Assembly (NCBI GenBank): GCA_976226885.1
Contig: OZ320313.1
Location: 64,418,001-64,482,000, forward strand
Length of the DNA: 64,000 bases
DNA from: Iphione sp. A-MEVVRFRX5
Taxonomy: Eukaryota
Reading direction: 5' to 3'
A program made the position numbers and the translations under genes. Under the pieces are notes generated by a model, which was not told the origin of the DNA, did no database searches, and worked only from the letters and a program-made list of their open reading frames with translations. Position 1 is the first letter of the stretch. Each line of letters starts with the position of its first letter. Positions 23,439 through 37,439 of this stretch are shown one piece after another.

Positions 23439-23614
23439 CTGAAATTAAGAAGATTTATTTCAGTACACTTAGCAAAATTAGCACTGCCCAGAACTACAAT
23501 CCATCCATAAGATCGTATTAACACCTCTTACAAGAATATCTCCTCTGAGATTATAAGACGCTGCATTTCCCACAACTAAAGGATCTGGTTTAACATGTGC
23601 AGGCATCAGCTCAC

Positions 23615-23779
23615 CTTGAAGGCCATGAACTTGTGGTAGGGTTTTGGTGCCCAGGCATAGATTTCCACCTTGTCACGGAGAGCGATGACAAGGAACTTAA
23701 TGCGCTCGTACTTCACAATCTTGAAATGGACGCACCCTTCTAAATCTCCCACGTTCGTCCATCCATTACGCTTATCATT
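23615..23779 (-). CDS. msn: msn CNH-domain exon: [55 protein letters not shown]
   Basis: cag/gtgagc boundaries, phase 0 to 0; [26 protein letters not shown] is diagnostic for the MAP4K4/MINK1/TNIK/Msn group. Confidence 0.98.
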
Positions 23780-26459
23780 CTGTAAAGGCCACAAGCGGGT
23801 ATGTATAACTGTAGTAGTGTTCGCTACGCCAGTGTCACACTGAATAGCACAATGAGAGAAACCCGAGTACTGACAGCTCCTGTTGGGTACGGACGAAGTA
23901 GATCATACAAGGTGTCAAGCGGGTGCAGAATGGGACATATCAAGCAGACTTTATTTTTTATTGATCAGTGTAGATGATCTGGCTGATTCCATGTATTGAT
24001 TCATTTATAATTAAATAAGAAAGGGGAGAACTGATCTTGGTTATATTTGTATGTGACATTGTAAGCATCCTTTACAAAAAAATGTTTAGCTGTTTGAAAT
24101 TAAGTGGCAATTTATATGAAGAAAAAGCACGAAAAATAACCGAAATGACCGGACACTTTTATTTAGGATTTAATACACAATTCGTTTTATTAAAAAGAAT
24201 CTAACTAATCAACCGAGGCTGGTGTGGTGGAGGGAACTGAAAATGAGAGCCCATGCGAATGCTAGTGACACATTAATCTTGCCGGTGGTAGGCATGATCT
24301 TATCGGCCGAATCGTTTCGATCCTAGCAGGCTGCACCATGTCATCCTCCTACAGTTTTCCTGCCGGTATAATAAGCGCAAGCCTTTGAGATCGTGCACTG
24401 GACAGAAAGCTAAGGTACACAACTGCATGCTGAGCACTAGCTTGGTGCATATTGCACATGGCTCTTCAAGGTGCATTGGAAGCTAGCTGATATTTGTGTG
24501 TGGTATATTTAATCTTGACAAAAGGAAAGCGCAAACACTGACGCAAAGGAAATGAACAATATGGGTTGTTCCACGTACATGCACGAGCATCAAAAAGAAA
24601 AGAAGGACTAATACAACAAACAACAACAATAAGAAAATGCAGCCTTTCTCGAAACATAAGCACAGATACGTATTTTCACATGTTTATAGTTCGGTTGAGT
24701 ACTATTTCTCAACAAAACAATGTCGTGTTGTAATCATATTCGTCCTTTTAAGAAGCTGGTAAAAAGCAGAGGGATGGTCTAAAACACTATAAAACACTAT
24801 CAAAGAGAAAAATAAATGCCCTAGGAACTGATAAGAAATTAAACGGAGAACCACTGGTACCGATTAAGGGGGAAAAAACAGACTTGCATATTTTCAAGAC
24901 ACGAGCGTCACATTACTTCGCTGAACAGATTAAAACAAAAGACATGAACATGGCGGTGCTTTGTCTTCAGGGTTTCTCAGTCTCTGTTTAACACGCTCGC
25001 TCGAATAAAGTATCGTTCGGTTTTGATAAAATAACTCGATTAATGTCATTTTCATTTTTAAAAAGAGTTACATTACTCCCCCGCGAAATCTCCCCATGAC
25101 AAACAACTTATACTGAAACAAAGATGGTCAAATGAACTTTCATGATAAAGTTAACACTAACGATAATAATAAATCAATGTTACACAGGTAGATTCATAAC
25201 AACTCGTGTTTTGCGTCCTCGTAACAAAGAGAAAGAACTTACTTCTAGCATCTGTTAACGATTCGCATGGTGTGAGCCGACTGACACATGTTAAAGTTCG
25301 GAGAGAACTATGAGCAGAAGTACGTACTGTACGGAGTGTAGGGGATCGACTGAATCTCAACGTATTTTGAACGGTAAACGACCTGCACTTTGTGGCATTG
25401 ATAAGCAAAGGTGAGATCTGCAGTGAAGAACAAACCTTTGTGGAGGCCAATGAGTCACGATGCCGTGCGCTGCGCCCTCTACTTACCTGTCACTTGATGT
25501 GTGAACATGCCTACTGTTTGTAGCTAGAGACGTCTACACGTACATACATCATGCATGCTTAAACCCGTCCAACTCTCCACCAGATAACATTCAAATGTTC
25601 TATACCTCGGGCCTGGAGGAGAGCTTATGGTATATAGGCAATGTTAGTATGGTTTTGTCTTTTGGAGCAAGGCTGGACAATAAAGGGGAGAAGGTCTTAC
25701 TTTTTTCAACGTAATGACGCCGCCAAAATTTTCCCGTTCGCTTGTTTCATTGCCTCTTTTCTGTGTTGAACAATATGTACAGTGTTATGTGAAAAAAAGG
25801 GAAAAACTGAAACAAAGGTGTAATTCTACTAAAGGACAAATGAGTAAAGGACGTTCTGTGTTTTAAAGAATGGAACAGTAAATAGTTTTCTGCCAATGGA
25901 GAGATGTGAGATTATTTTGGGTTCTGTGGAGAAGATAACCTTTATGTAATGGGGTGCTGTCGAGTCAGCTAATTTATTAATGTACACCACTAGGACATCA
26001 CTCAAAGTACATAAGACCCAACACCTTAGTGGGCTAAATGGGCGAGCGCAGTAGACAGGTTTAACAATAAAGTTTGCTGCGTAAGGGATTCGTTTCCAGT
26101 CCTTTCCTTTTGGTACCTTTTGCCCCCAAATTTTCTGTTTATTTTATCAAAGTAATCCAACCACATCAATATATTATATGCCCGTCACATTTACGAAAGA
26201 AAATGAGTCCATTTTTTCTCTGATCATTGGTGTTAGAATTGCGTTATTCTTGTAAGCCTTCCTCTTTTTTTAAAATGAAAAATGATTTGCAGAAACCTAC
26301 TGACAGGAAACAAGATTTCTACTGCGCCACGCCCGAGTCGCCGATCACTAGAGCATGAAGGTTAATCAGGCCCCCTGGTGGTTATGGTTCAAGAGCCACT
26401 GCCTCATAGTCAGCCGGTGGTTAGAACACCGGGGCAACTTTGAGACTAGTACCACTTAC

Positions 26460-26605
26460 CCCTTCGGTTTTGAAGATCTTGCTCTTCAGCCAGGACAGGT
26501 AGTAGACCCGGATCTTGTTCTTCTTGCCCGAGATAGTGACAAGGATGTTCTGACCCTCCAGTACTTCCATCTGCTGGAAGCGGCGCCTCGAGATCAGTTG
26601 ATAAA
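26460..26605 (-). CDS. msn: msn CNH-domain exon: (V)[48 protein letters not shown]
   Basis: tag/gtaagt boundaries, phase 1 to 0; contains the [28 protein letters not shown] motif. Confidence 0.97.
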
Positions 26606-26839
26606 CTAAAAATAAACGAGTTATATTACGAGAAAGGGATCAGAAAAGGGGTAAGATAAATACACACTGTGCTCTGTTGAACTGCTACGAAGGTTTATTT
26701 CATTAATGAATAAAGAAAAACTTAATTTAAAAAAAAATATTTAAAACGATAAATTTCCTGGTCATCTTTGTTCGTTGTAATCTTGGCAGTAAGGCCTTAT
26801 CAACAAGAAATAATTTTGTTATGAATAAAGAAAACTCAC

Positions 26840-26905
26840 CCTTGCCCTGGCCACTCCGATCTAGAAGCATCAGGCTGTTTTCTGTGCCTATGAGAAGATT
26901 TACCC
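26840..26905 (-). CDS. msn: msn CNH-domain exon: (G)VNLLIGTENSLMLLDRSGQGK
   Basis: cag/gtgagt boundaries, phase 1 to 1; contains the GVNLL.GTE..LMLLDRSGQGK motif. Confidence 0.96.
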
Positions 26906-27182
26906 CTGCAAGAGATTAAGGGGGTTATAATGACCACTCAGTTCAGAAGAAGCGGCCCACGTCCTAGGTTAATAACACGCGAGAATCCTTCACGGTATTA
27001 TCCTAAAGAAGGACTGCGCCGCGGCACATCCCTTAACCATAGCATTTGCCTTTATGAATGGGGCTTAAGGAAACAAGCATCTTGTAATACGGCCACCCAG
27101 GAGGATGCTACAGAAAACATAGAACACGGCAAAATTCTGATGAATCATTTGAATGTATATGTACGCATCTCCAAGTACATAC

Positions 27183-27558
27183 CCCAGAGGGCGGCACAGA
27201 GAATGTCCGAGTTGAAGCGCTTCTTGTACTTGCGAATCTCGGGCGTGTCGTTGTCCACCAGTGTAGGCGTCACGTTGACGTTAATGTGCGACCCGCGACG
27301 CGGCAAGTTGCCGCCCTGCGGCCGATCACCCTCCGCCCCACTGCCGACGCCGCCGACTCCCACGGACCCACGGGTCAGCGTGCGGTCTTGGTCCCCAGCG
27401 CCGCTTCCGCCGCCGCCGGCAGGGCTGCCAGCGTCGGCGCCGCGGCTGCCGCTCTCCCCGCCGCCGGGGCTGCTGCGGTTGGCGCCGAAGCCGAAGGCGG
27501 TGAAGGAGCGGGATGAGGCATTCTTGTGCATGGGCGGCTTGCTTACGGCCTGTCGGTA
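27183..27558 (-). CDS. msn: msn exon: Gly/Ser-rich linker and start of CNH (YRQAVSK...SFTAFGFG...RRGSHINVNVTP...DTPEIRKYKKRFNSDILCAALW)
   Basis: cag/gtatgt boundaries, phase 0 to 1; DTPEIRKYKKRFNS.ILCAALW is a family hallmark. Confidence 0.93.
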
Positions 27559-28591
27559 CTGTGAAAGGAGAGGAAGATGGAAGGGAAGGCTGTTAAACAC
27601 TTACACCATTAGGGTCTGGCGTGTTGAGCGATCAACCAGGCACAAGCAGCCAGTCTGAGAGGGATATCCGAACAGTCTCCTGGCCACCCTCAAGAAGAAG
27701 TAACACCATTTGTTACTAGCTTGTTATTCTTGACTCTACTCAAACAGTTTAACCTCGACTGGAACTAATCACCCCTGTAATTGATTACCATTGGATATGG
27801 AATAGACATGTAATTTTAGCTATTGCGGAAAGTGTGGGCGTGGGTAACCATCAACTGATAGTGACTGTCAAGAATGGCTAAATCGTCACGTTCAACGGAG
27901 AGGTATGGCAGGACCAATTTATTCACTGAGACCAAACATAACGCGCTTCCTTCAAGAACTAGATCACGGCACCAAAGGAGAGGGTGAGGAATTCTGACTG
28001 GGCCGCCTTACGGGTGTATAAAAAGGAAGTCTAACGACAGCGAGAGACCTGGCCGAAAGCCGTAGGAGCCCTGCGCGATAGATCAACAGTCCACACGGCA
28101 GTCACCTTTCATCAAGACCGTCATCGACAAGGCATTCGGAGGGAAGGTCGTCCACGTGAAAATGAGGCTGGAGCTTCGCTTAGGACTCCCCAGGGGAAGC
28201 GGCCTTTGAGCTCTATGATTCGGCAGGCGGCGCCACTGATTTAAGACATTGGTGGCGCAATCAAGCGGATGCAATGTGTGAGGCGTCCTACTGTTGCTCC
28301 CACCCTTCTCCCCCCCCCCCAGCCTGGCCTTCCTACCGCGTTCCTCAAAACCATCCCAATCAGCCTGCACCAACTCACCAGCCAGCCTACAGAGGCTCCC
28401 CACCCCTACAAGATCCCAACCAGGAGCTGCAGTGTCACGCAGAGTAAAAAGCCTAAGGATGGAGGCGCCCTGTCATCTGGATGACTGCGAGCGATCTGCC
28501 TCAGCTCTAACAAGATCTGAGAGCGCGTGCGGCGAGGAGGTGAAGCGTCAGCCAGCATTTTGCAACCATTTCTGCAGGCTACTTACAAGCC

Positions 28592-28767
28592 NNNNNNNNN
28601 NNNNNNNNNNNNNNNNNNNNNNNNNNNNNNNNNNNNNNNNNNNNNNNNNNNNNNNNNNNNNNNNNNNNNNNNNNNNNNNNNNNNNNNNNNNNNNNNNNNN
28701 NNNNNNNNNNNNNNNNNNNNNNNNNNNNNNNNNNNNNNNNNNNNNNNNNNNNNNNNNNNNNNNNNNN
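28592..28767. other. Assembly gap (176 N)
   Basis: Run of n. Confidence 1.
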
Positions 28768-31700
28768 GCCCCGCCAAAAAGGCACTTCCTTTGGCTTCAA
28801 AACAAGAGTGTCGAGGGATTCCAGCACGAAGAACAATGAATGGGGGTGGGGTTGTTAGGTAAAGGTACTGGTGAAGATTGACGCAAGCTCAGGTCTGGGT
28901 GAGACTGCTACGTTGAGAGCTAAGATTGACAGTAAAAGAGGCTGAAAGGTAGCAAGAAAGTGGTCAGACGCGGACGAACAAACGGACAGATCCACAGGCC
29001 GACAGATAATCAAGACACAGGTAGGTATATCAACATTCGGACAGGATCTGAACAACTGGTACGGTTCAATCTTAAACATTTCTTCTGAAGAGGTTATCCA
29101 GTACTGTGTACATGTATTCTCTTCTTAGGATTAACATACATATTATGCTTAACAATTGAATAGAATAGTTATTGTTTGAAAATATCTCGTTCAAAAAGCA
29201 CGAATGAAATGTTTTGGAACAAATAATTACAAATACATTTCATCAACGACTTGTCTAATGAAAACGCGCAATATATGAATATGTAAGATATTTTCAAAAA
29301 GATATGGATACAAATACAAATGTATTTTCATTAACAATAATGGACATATACATAAAAAGACACACAATAACGGTCAACAAAAACAGTCCTACGGACAAAG
29401 CACAGATACATTTTTATACGTCGGCATAAAAAGTAATTTCTGGCATAATAAAGCTGAAAATTGCCTAGCAACATGTAATATCGTAGGGGCAGAAAAAGCT
29501 GGCTAGTCGTTACAGAAAGAGTCGTTACAGAATTTCATGGTGATCGGTTCAAGAGTTCCACAATCCACCGTCATATAGAAGAGCTCCAAAATTTGATATC
29601 GTTAAAGGTTAATATATACAAGTATTCCAAAAGCAAGCAAAGACTGCTTAGCCTACAACTTTGTCCCAATTTGGTGGGTGTTGTCCCAGGGGTGCGACGT
29701 GTACTGCCTACTATTAAAAGAAACAAACATACTAGAACGGTGAAAATCATTTGTACATAATTTTTCAACAGGTCCTCATATAAGGAATCGTTCCTCTTGC
29801 ATACTGTGCCAACAACACCCACATACTGTAACAAGTGTGTGCGGCATGCATATATTAATCCAGTATAGTAACTTGGGAATACAATTACGACAAACTGCAA
29901 GGCTCGGCGGGTCAAAACGGCAACTTTAGCGCTTAAGGCTCAATGAGGAAAATGTTAGAATGGGCCAATTTTTATATTCAAAAAAATTAGAGGGAAAAGC
30001 CAACATCGACTTTTGTGTTTATTAGTCTGTGAAGACTACACTCCCCATTAAGGTAACCAATTTTAGTTTTTTTCCTTTTACATAATACATTTGTCATAAA
30101 ATAGTACAGGATTTTCTATCGTCCGAAAAGAAGTCCTAAAACGATTTTGAACACTATTTTCGTCACAGGAAAATTTAAGAATATTACGTTATGTCTGTAA
30201 CTCGCAACAACATTACATACCCAAAGGGAGACCCGGGTGTTTGTTTCTACAGTACTGCAATAGATACTCATCAGTGTAGCCGCGAGAAGAAAAATTATCT
30301 TAAGGGAAGACTGCAGGAGTTGACCCTGCCCAACCCGACACATCAGGTCGAAATAAAAAAAAATCTGAGGTATTAGATAATGAAGTAAGGGAAGACATCG
30401 GACAAAGTGCGTCCGAAAGGTGCCCAAAGAGGGAAAGCTAAGCTTCTGAGCAATTGCAAGGGGGGAACTCAAGACGCACAATTCCTGACGGCAAACAGTT
30501 ACCCTCAAGAACACAAGCGGTAATCATCACAATCCACACCGCAATCCGTTGGTTTCAACAGGTGGAAGCAATTTCCCCTGCAATTTAGACAAACGCTGGC
30601 TACAAGCGAAGAAGCTGGCTCTTAACTATGATGGTATGACGGGTACAGCAGTGTATATTGGTCTTCATTTGTATTTGTGTCCTTCTATCGGCATAAAGTG
30701 CATGGGTGTACCTGTGTGCGTGTATGTATGTGTGTGTATATGTGTGCGATTACCTGTGTGTGCATGTGCTTGAGTCCGAGCGCAGCGTTAATCCCACCCG
30801 ACTGTGTCTATGTGTGCATACGTTTTTCTTTTTTGTGTACGTATTTATGTAAGCGCTTGTATGTGGGGATTTGGGATTCAGACCCAGGTCTGTACAAGAT
30901 TCTAATGGCAGCCACTTGAGAAGGTAACCTCACAGATCGCCTGGTTGGTCATCATGCCAGTGGAATGGTAGGTGAGGGTGGTACTAATCCTTAACACACA
31001 AAAGACACTTAACAGAAATGTGCAGAGCCTTAATGAGTCTAGGCTGATGAGTGGTGTGAGCATCAACATCAATACCATCAACATTAGCACCATCATCAGC
31101 AAGTGGGTATGTTGCCATTACAACCTTGGCGAGTTGTGTGGTAAGACTGCATTTACCTGCTGGCTAGCTTCGTTCCGTCTGAGTAGATGGGCCCGCTGGC
31201 AACATACACAGATATGGCAAGGTAAGCATACTCCTGCAGTTTTCTTTATAAGGAAAGGACTCGGTCAACTTCTGCCCTCGCAAACCATTACACAACCAAT
31301 GGAGATTCGCATTTAACTGCCGTCTGAGAACATGAAATGAGAACATAACGGTGTGCCACTGTGATGAGCTTCATCACCAGTTCTGCACATATTTTCTAAG
31401 GAATGACCTGTGTTCGTAAAGCGTTACTACCTTAATATGTAGCTTTTAAAAAATGGCATTGGTTGGAGGCGTGACAATTGACCAGTTCCCCTTCCTATGA
31501 TCTGGACATCAACATAACTGCCTAGTCTATATAACTAAGAGTCTTTTTTCCGAGATCAGATGAAATCACATAAAATTATATGGTGCAGTATTATTTCAGA
31601 AATAAAAGACGGTAACATAAGTACAAACCTTTTTTTCAAAGGAAACGTTACAGTAAAACAAACTATTATAGACATACAAAGTGGGTAGAGAAAACCTACA

Positions 31701-32429
31701 AAAATGCAGTAAAGGGAGGAAAGACAGGAATCATAACAAAGAAGATGAAGAATAATGCAATGGTCGCTGATTGGTTAGACTTAAGTTTAAAGATGGGAGT
31801 AATGTGTAACATTACTGAATTTTGAAAAAGGTAGCGAAAACAATGCGTGCGAACTTTATAACCTTCTGAAAAGCTGATCATACACAGAACATTTATAAGA
31901 TCAATTTTGTACCGCGAGTATACAGAAGAAATCGCCAGTCGGAGGAACTTCGGTGGAACTAGTCAGACGGTTTATAAGGCACGTGTAATTCTCGTCTAGA
32001 AATACATGTACCCGATGCTCATTACTTGTAAAAACAGAAAACGGTATCGATGAAACAGTTCTCTCTGGTATGGTATCTGAGCGGCAAAACCGAATGCGAG
32101 AGGGCAACAGAGAGAAGAAAGCTTAAGACAACTAACACAGACAGAGTCAGGCTGTCGGAGGTATAGTGGGTATGCATCCTCTGAACCAAAAGCTTGGCCT
32201 GATAGGTACCATGTCCGCCTCGTGTGTGACAGGCTCGATTTGCGATCAAAGCATATTTTCTGCTCAGTTACGACAGGGTCCATGGGTGCTGAGGAATGTC
32301 GCGCCATGTGGTTGGGTGTAGGTGGTTGGGTAAGTTATTAGGTAGGTGGAAGCATGGCAGCGACACGGTGTGGGGCCTGGCATGCGGGCGGCATGCGGAG
32401 AAGATGGTGATACCGTGTACCTCGCTCAC

Positions 32430-32545
32430 CTCGTCCGACGTGCTCTTGTCCTGCGGTCGCTGGGCGGCGCTGCTGATGCGGGGCGGCGTCTGTGGCGGCA
32501 GCAGGTCGGGCAGGACGCCGCTGTTGCTCTGGCGACCGTAAGGCC
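32430..32545 (-). CDS. msn: msn linker exon: (G)PYGRQSNSGVLPDLLPPQTPPRISSAAQRPQDKSTSDE
   Basis: tttccag/gtgagc boundaries, phase 1 to 0; joins in frame to YRQAV. The LPDLL and TS.EYRQ motifs resemble invertebrate Msn from my recall. Confidence 0.82.
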
Positions 32546-33024
32546 CTGGAAAGACGTTGAGGGATGAAGGATAAGGTCGGTAGCGTCAGAATCAGCACAC
32601 ATACATGCTGCCTCTTAACACAGAGGACCATCACAGGAGGCAACAGTGAAAAACAGTGAGGACACTTGCTACAATAACATACTTTTACAATCAAATTTAT
32701 CGTATCTGTCGGAGAAACATTTCCGTATGGAGAAACGAGCACCAGCTCTTCTCACAGTCGGGATGAGCAGTGATAGTTCTCGTTATAATCTACAACATGT
32801 AGAACAGAAAGATCAAAAGTATCTATTTTTACTGACTAAAATATTGCCATATTTTTGATGTACAGTCGGCCCTCGCTTACTGAACCGAGTCTGTGTACAG
32901 GAACTGTTTGGAATACATTTGCAAACTTTATCCTTTTTCCTTCTTAAGTAACTTGTGCCAAATGTGCCTTGAAATGTTGAGTGCATGCGAGGAGATGGAG
33001 AAGATTGATCAGGGTGTTACTTAC

Positions 33025-33121
33025 CAGGTGGACTGGACACATCGTTGGGTAGGGGCGGGGTAGGCTTGGAGCCACCACCATGGTGACGCTCCCGCTGCTT
33101 GTGGCGGTCTTCCTGATTGTT
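33025..33121 (-). CDS. msn: msn linker exon: NNQEDRHKQRERHHGGGSKPTPPLPNDVSSPP(G)
   Basis: Strong pyrimidine tract with tgtag acceptor and gtaagt donor; phase 0 to 1 fits the next exon. Homology not independently recognised. Confidence 0.72.
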
Positions 33122-34512
33122 CTACAACAGAGAATAAAAACAAGGACTTTAATGCAATTACGGGGACGGGTGCGCGCTTATCGATGAATGCAACCCCAAG
33201 GCGGAATCCTAACTAAAATTGCTCAGGAAAAGGAATTCTATGAGTAAATCAGTGCCAAACTAAGACCTTGTCAAATCAGGGAAACACCAGTAAGAATTGA
33301 ACTGAGAGATTTCGTGCCATTTGTAACTGTCTCTCTATATATTTCACGGTACTGTTTCTTTTTCAAAACCCACATCTCTTTACTTTTGGTGTATGAACTT
33401 CACTTCTGTCACTCTCACTGTCAGTTGCCTTATTCATCTACAGCTCCAATTCAGCTCCATAGCACTACGCGCTCCGCTCTATCATTCGAGCTGTCGGGAT
33501 GCGCTACGATACACGAAGAACAAATCAAATCTATATGCAAATGCCCGCCATAACAGACACTGCAATGTCAATAACAAAGAAGACCACTACTGCGGCAGAT
33601 GTGCATTCTCTGCCTGTCTGGACGGCCTCACGGGCTCCTCGATACTTTGGATCAGACTCCAGGATCATGTGATAAGATCGGCAAGACTCGATGACTAATG
33701 CAACTTTGCAGAACTAGAGATAATGTGCATGTACTAAGTAGTTACGCCAAGGGTCCATATGAGGATGACATAATCTGTGATGCCGTATACATGTGCTGTT
33801 ATGAGGAAAGACCTTTTTCGTCCATTCAGACCGACTGTCTGTGTGTTCTGACTGCATAATTCTTGCGTGGAAACATAATTCTCGGGAGCTTTGATATTCT
33901 AAATCCAAGGACACAAGAAATACTCTACAATATATGTATTATAACTACACATACACACTAAAAGTTAGATTTCCTAAACACAAGAATAGCGTCCCCCGGT
34001 CGGAAGTCTCAATTGGCTTTTCATTTCAAAAGCGAAAGCAAAGGCCATCTAATTAATTAAGATGGTCATTAGGCAAATCGACCAATTAGCAGCAAGGCGT
34101 GAGCTAAATAATAAGACAGTGTGTCATTCATAATAACTTAACAGCACAAAGGAAACTGTAGACTGCCTCATTAGAGTCTCTTTTATTTTACCATTTTCTT
34201 TAAGCTCTGTTCATGTATGTCCAAACGGCTGTTATTGTTGTCAGGTTCACGAACAAAAAATGAAACACCACCATCAATCAAGTACCAGTGTACATCATAT
34301 ATAATACATATGCCAATTACGTCCGCTGCAGCGGCTTTGCAGATAATAAAAGCATTATTTCCATAATTTTGAAAGCGTTGTCTGTACCAAATGAAATTGT
34401 CAAATTTCTGCACGCCTCTAAATCAAGGGGATATGGGGACAGGGCTCATGAGATAGAAGGAAGCGGTGAACGTTTGTCCTGAATCGACAGATAAACATAA
34501 AGGGGTTGGGGA

Positions 34513-34640
34513 NNNNNNNNNNNNNNNNNNNNNNNNNNNNNNNNNNNNNNNNNNNNNNNNNNNNNNNNNNNNNNNNNNNNNNNNNNNNNNNNNNNNNNNN
34601 NNNNNNNNNNNNNNNNNNNNNNNNNNNNNNNNNNNNNNNN
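34513..34640. other. Assembly gap (128 N)
   Basis: Run of n. Confidence 1.
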
Positions 34641-35484
34641 TTTTCTAGGATCTATTTGTAGACTGCACGGTTGATAAAACCGTATCTATACGCTTGTGCT
34701 AATCCTCAGGCGCTTTACTCGCTAATGAGCAATGATCGGACTCCTTTTGGTTCTCTTGTGATCAACAACAACCATAACAATGAGCCTACAGTGAACTGGT
34801 GCGTTGCTATGGTTACACCACGGTGTGGATTCCCCAAGTGGAAACTCGCCCAGCAAAAATAATTTGTTGTGCTGCGTGCCCATGTAGAAGTGCGGCGGCG
34901 CTGAGTATTTCTTTGCACATGTGTGCGCGTCCAGTCTGCTGAGTGAGTAGCCGTTTGCTGGTGTCTCTCAGATAAGTGTCTGTTTGTGTGATCCACGCAG
35001 CTTCTAGTAAAAGTGAGGATTAGTCCAGGCGTCACATCGTCAACCTTCGCACTACGTCATGCCGTCGGCTCGGAGCAGATGCTGTGGGCAATGAGCGCTC
35101 CCGATAAAACTGAGGAGAGGGCGACATTTTCTCCCACCCCGTTAACCACATCAGAATGAAGCATGCGAAGTTGATTGGGGACCCAGATCGAGATGTGAGT
35201 GGCGGGTCACGAGATGTGTCAATTCTAAGTGGCATCAAGGGAAATTACCACCGAATTGACGTAATCACATAAAAGTCCACAATGAGGCTACCGTATGGTG
35301 TCGCTGCGCCCCTGGGGAAAGCGGGTCCGCTTGATTCCGCGCGCGATCCCTTTTTCACACTATCCCATGCTTAAATTGGGGACGATAATTGCACACGAAA
35401 TGGAGCCACTGAGACAAAAATGATGATTTGTTCTGGTGTGGCGACTCTAAGTCGCTTTAATGGCCCAAACGCGGCGACGAGCTT

Positions 35485-35555
35485 CTCCCTGGTGGCGCCA
35501 GGCGCCACCACAGGTGGAGCATTCCCCGGAGGTATCAAGGCGCCATCTGCAGGCA
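35485..35555. promoter_or_regulatory. Cluster of CTCF-like motifs
   Basis: CCCTGGTGGCGCC, CCACAGGTGGAGC and GCGCCATCTGCAGG (35540-35553; reverse complement CCTGCAGATGGCGC) resemble the CCASYAGRKGGCRS consensus. Motif resemblance only. Confidence 0.35.
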
Positions 35556-37439
35556 ATCCCATGTGGCCTTTTGTAAAATGCGCCCCGCGTAAACTAAGTG
35601 ATTCATCAGGTTTCTCGCTTTGGGACAAGCAGGTGGCTTCAGTTATACAGACTGTTTGCGGTCAGTCTTTCATTTCTCCTGATTGTGAACGTGCATCACG
35701 TATAGACATCAATGTGAAGGTGGGCTTATTAATAACATTTCGGTGCCACTTCATATGAAGTGAGGACAGGCATCGTTCCTTCTGAAGGTTTTTTTTGGGT
35801 ATAGTATTAGGAGCACATTATTGACGGTTCAGCTTTCAGCTCCACGCGCCATCCGATGTTATAGCCACATTAATTTCAATGCAAGACGTCTTCGTTTGTT
35901 TCCTTTCTTCCAGTGCTCTCCATCTTGGAAAGTTGTGCTGTTATTGGCTAAGGTGAACGTGACATCACGAAAAGGAATCCCGGTATTGTGAAAACTGGCT
36001 AGTCCAGGATAAGGCCTATTATTAAAGGTCAGCTAGCATTTCATCATCATCATCATCTTTATTTGATTAAATACTAGCATGTACTGACTCAGCATCCCCT
36101 TCATAAGTAATGGAACATGCAATCGATCAGTTTCGAATGACTCCATACAATTAACATTTTCGACAGTAGGTCAAAAAAAAACCCATCTACATATAGTGGA
36201 ATATGTCACCGACAGAATGACTTGAGGTACTCTGTATGATGAAATGTTATAGAGGATGGATCCAATAAGCGAGCTATTGATGGCCGACGTTCTGCGGAGA
36301 AACATAAGTTAGTTACGTTAATTTGCTACAATTTAACCACTAAACTCTTGCCCTGTGAACCTAAGCAGTTGTTCCAAGCTTGTCGTGCTCTGTCAATGAA
36401 CCTTTTATTATTCATCATTTTGTATTTCGCCCCTGGTCACCACCTATACACATACATCCAGTACAATATTAGATAGCCGTTCAATATGACGACGCCTTTC
36501 ACTCTCCCCATACATATTCATTATAAACACATACATATATATTTTAAGCTTGAAAAACTTGTGAACAATCTCAGTGCGACATACGCTGGGGATTTTAGAA
36601 CAGTATATATATTATATATAAGCCCGTAAAAAATCAAATACATTTGTGGAAAATGATAGCCTTTCCCTCGGGTCTTAATGGGATGACAGCAAGCAGACTG
36701 CGTCTGATCCAAAAAGGCGGACAGTCCAGTTAGCATTTAATTGGCATCTCTGCGATAAGACGGCTCTCACCTTTACGAAGCCAAGGTCCTTATATATGTA
36801 ACATATCGTACATTTTATGCACAAATATAGACAGCCACAGAATAACTCACTAATCCTGTCTCTCATAACCTGTCTTCGACTTGATGTGGAAAGGCTTCTG
36901 TCCGACCCTCCTCCTCTTCCCTCCTGCTCATCCCTCTATACACGTACTACATTCGTTCTTTTCTGTCCTGTTTCCGCCTGCCATTCATTTTGCACGGTAT
37001 TCTTTACTCGTCCCTATTTCCTACCCATCATCGTCCTTTTCTCTCACTCCTTCTCTGCCTACAAAGCTCCGGGAGACGATGTCCTTCAAAGCAGCATCGC
37101 CACTAATTACCTGATCTTGTAAAGCCGCTCATACAGGCAGGCTGGCTTTGGTAAGTATGACAAGGTACTTAGACAAACACAGGACACCACTGTAGACAAG
37201 CCGCGCCATTACAGATGAGAATTCGCTGTGAGCCTATCGCTCATTTCTGCGGACAGTTGGCATCAGTGGCGGTGTCTACAGCCTGTACGTGTCACAACGG
37301 GCGGCGGGAACAAATCAATGGCCAAAGGAACATTTAGTTCTAGATTCAAACGGAGACACAGGCAAGGATATACATGTCCGTGCTAGAAACCACGAGGAGA
37401 TACACAATGTCTGAGAGTCTACGGATGGCGTACTAGAGG

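Noticed and set aside
26930-27658. 242-aa Pro-rich + strand ORF (and 27286..27516)
   Set aside because: Antisense shadow of the GC-rich msn exon 27183-27558; the Pro runs mirror its Gly codons.
28294-28862. ORFs spanning 28.3-28.9 kb (and 34466..34648)
   Set aside because: They are open only because they run through N gaps.
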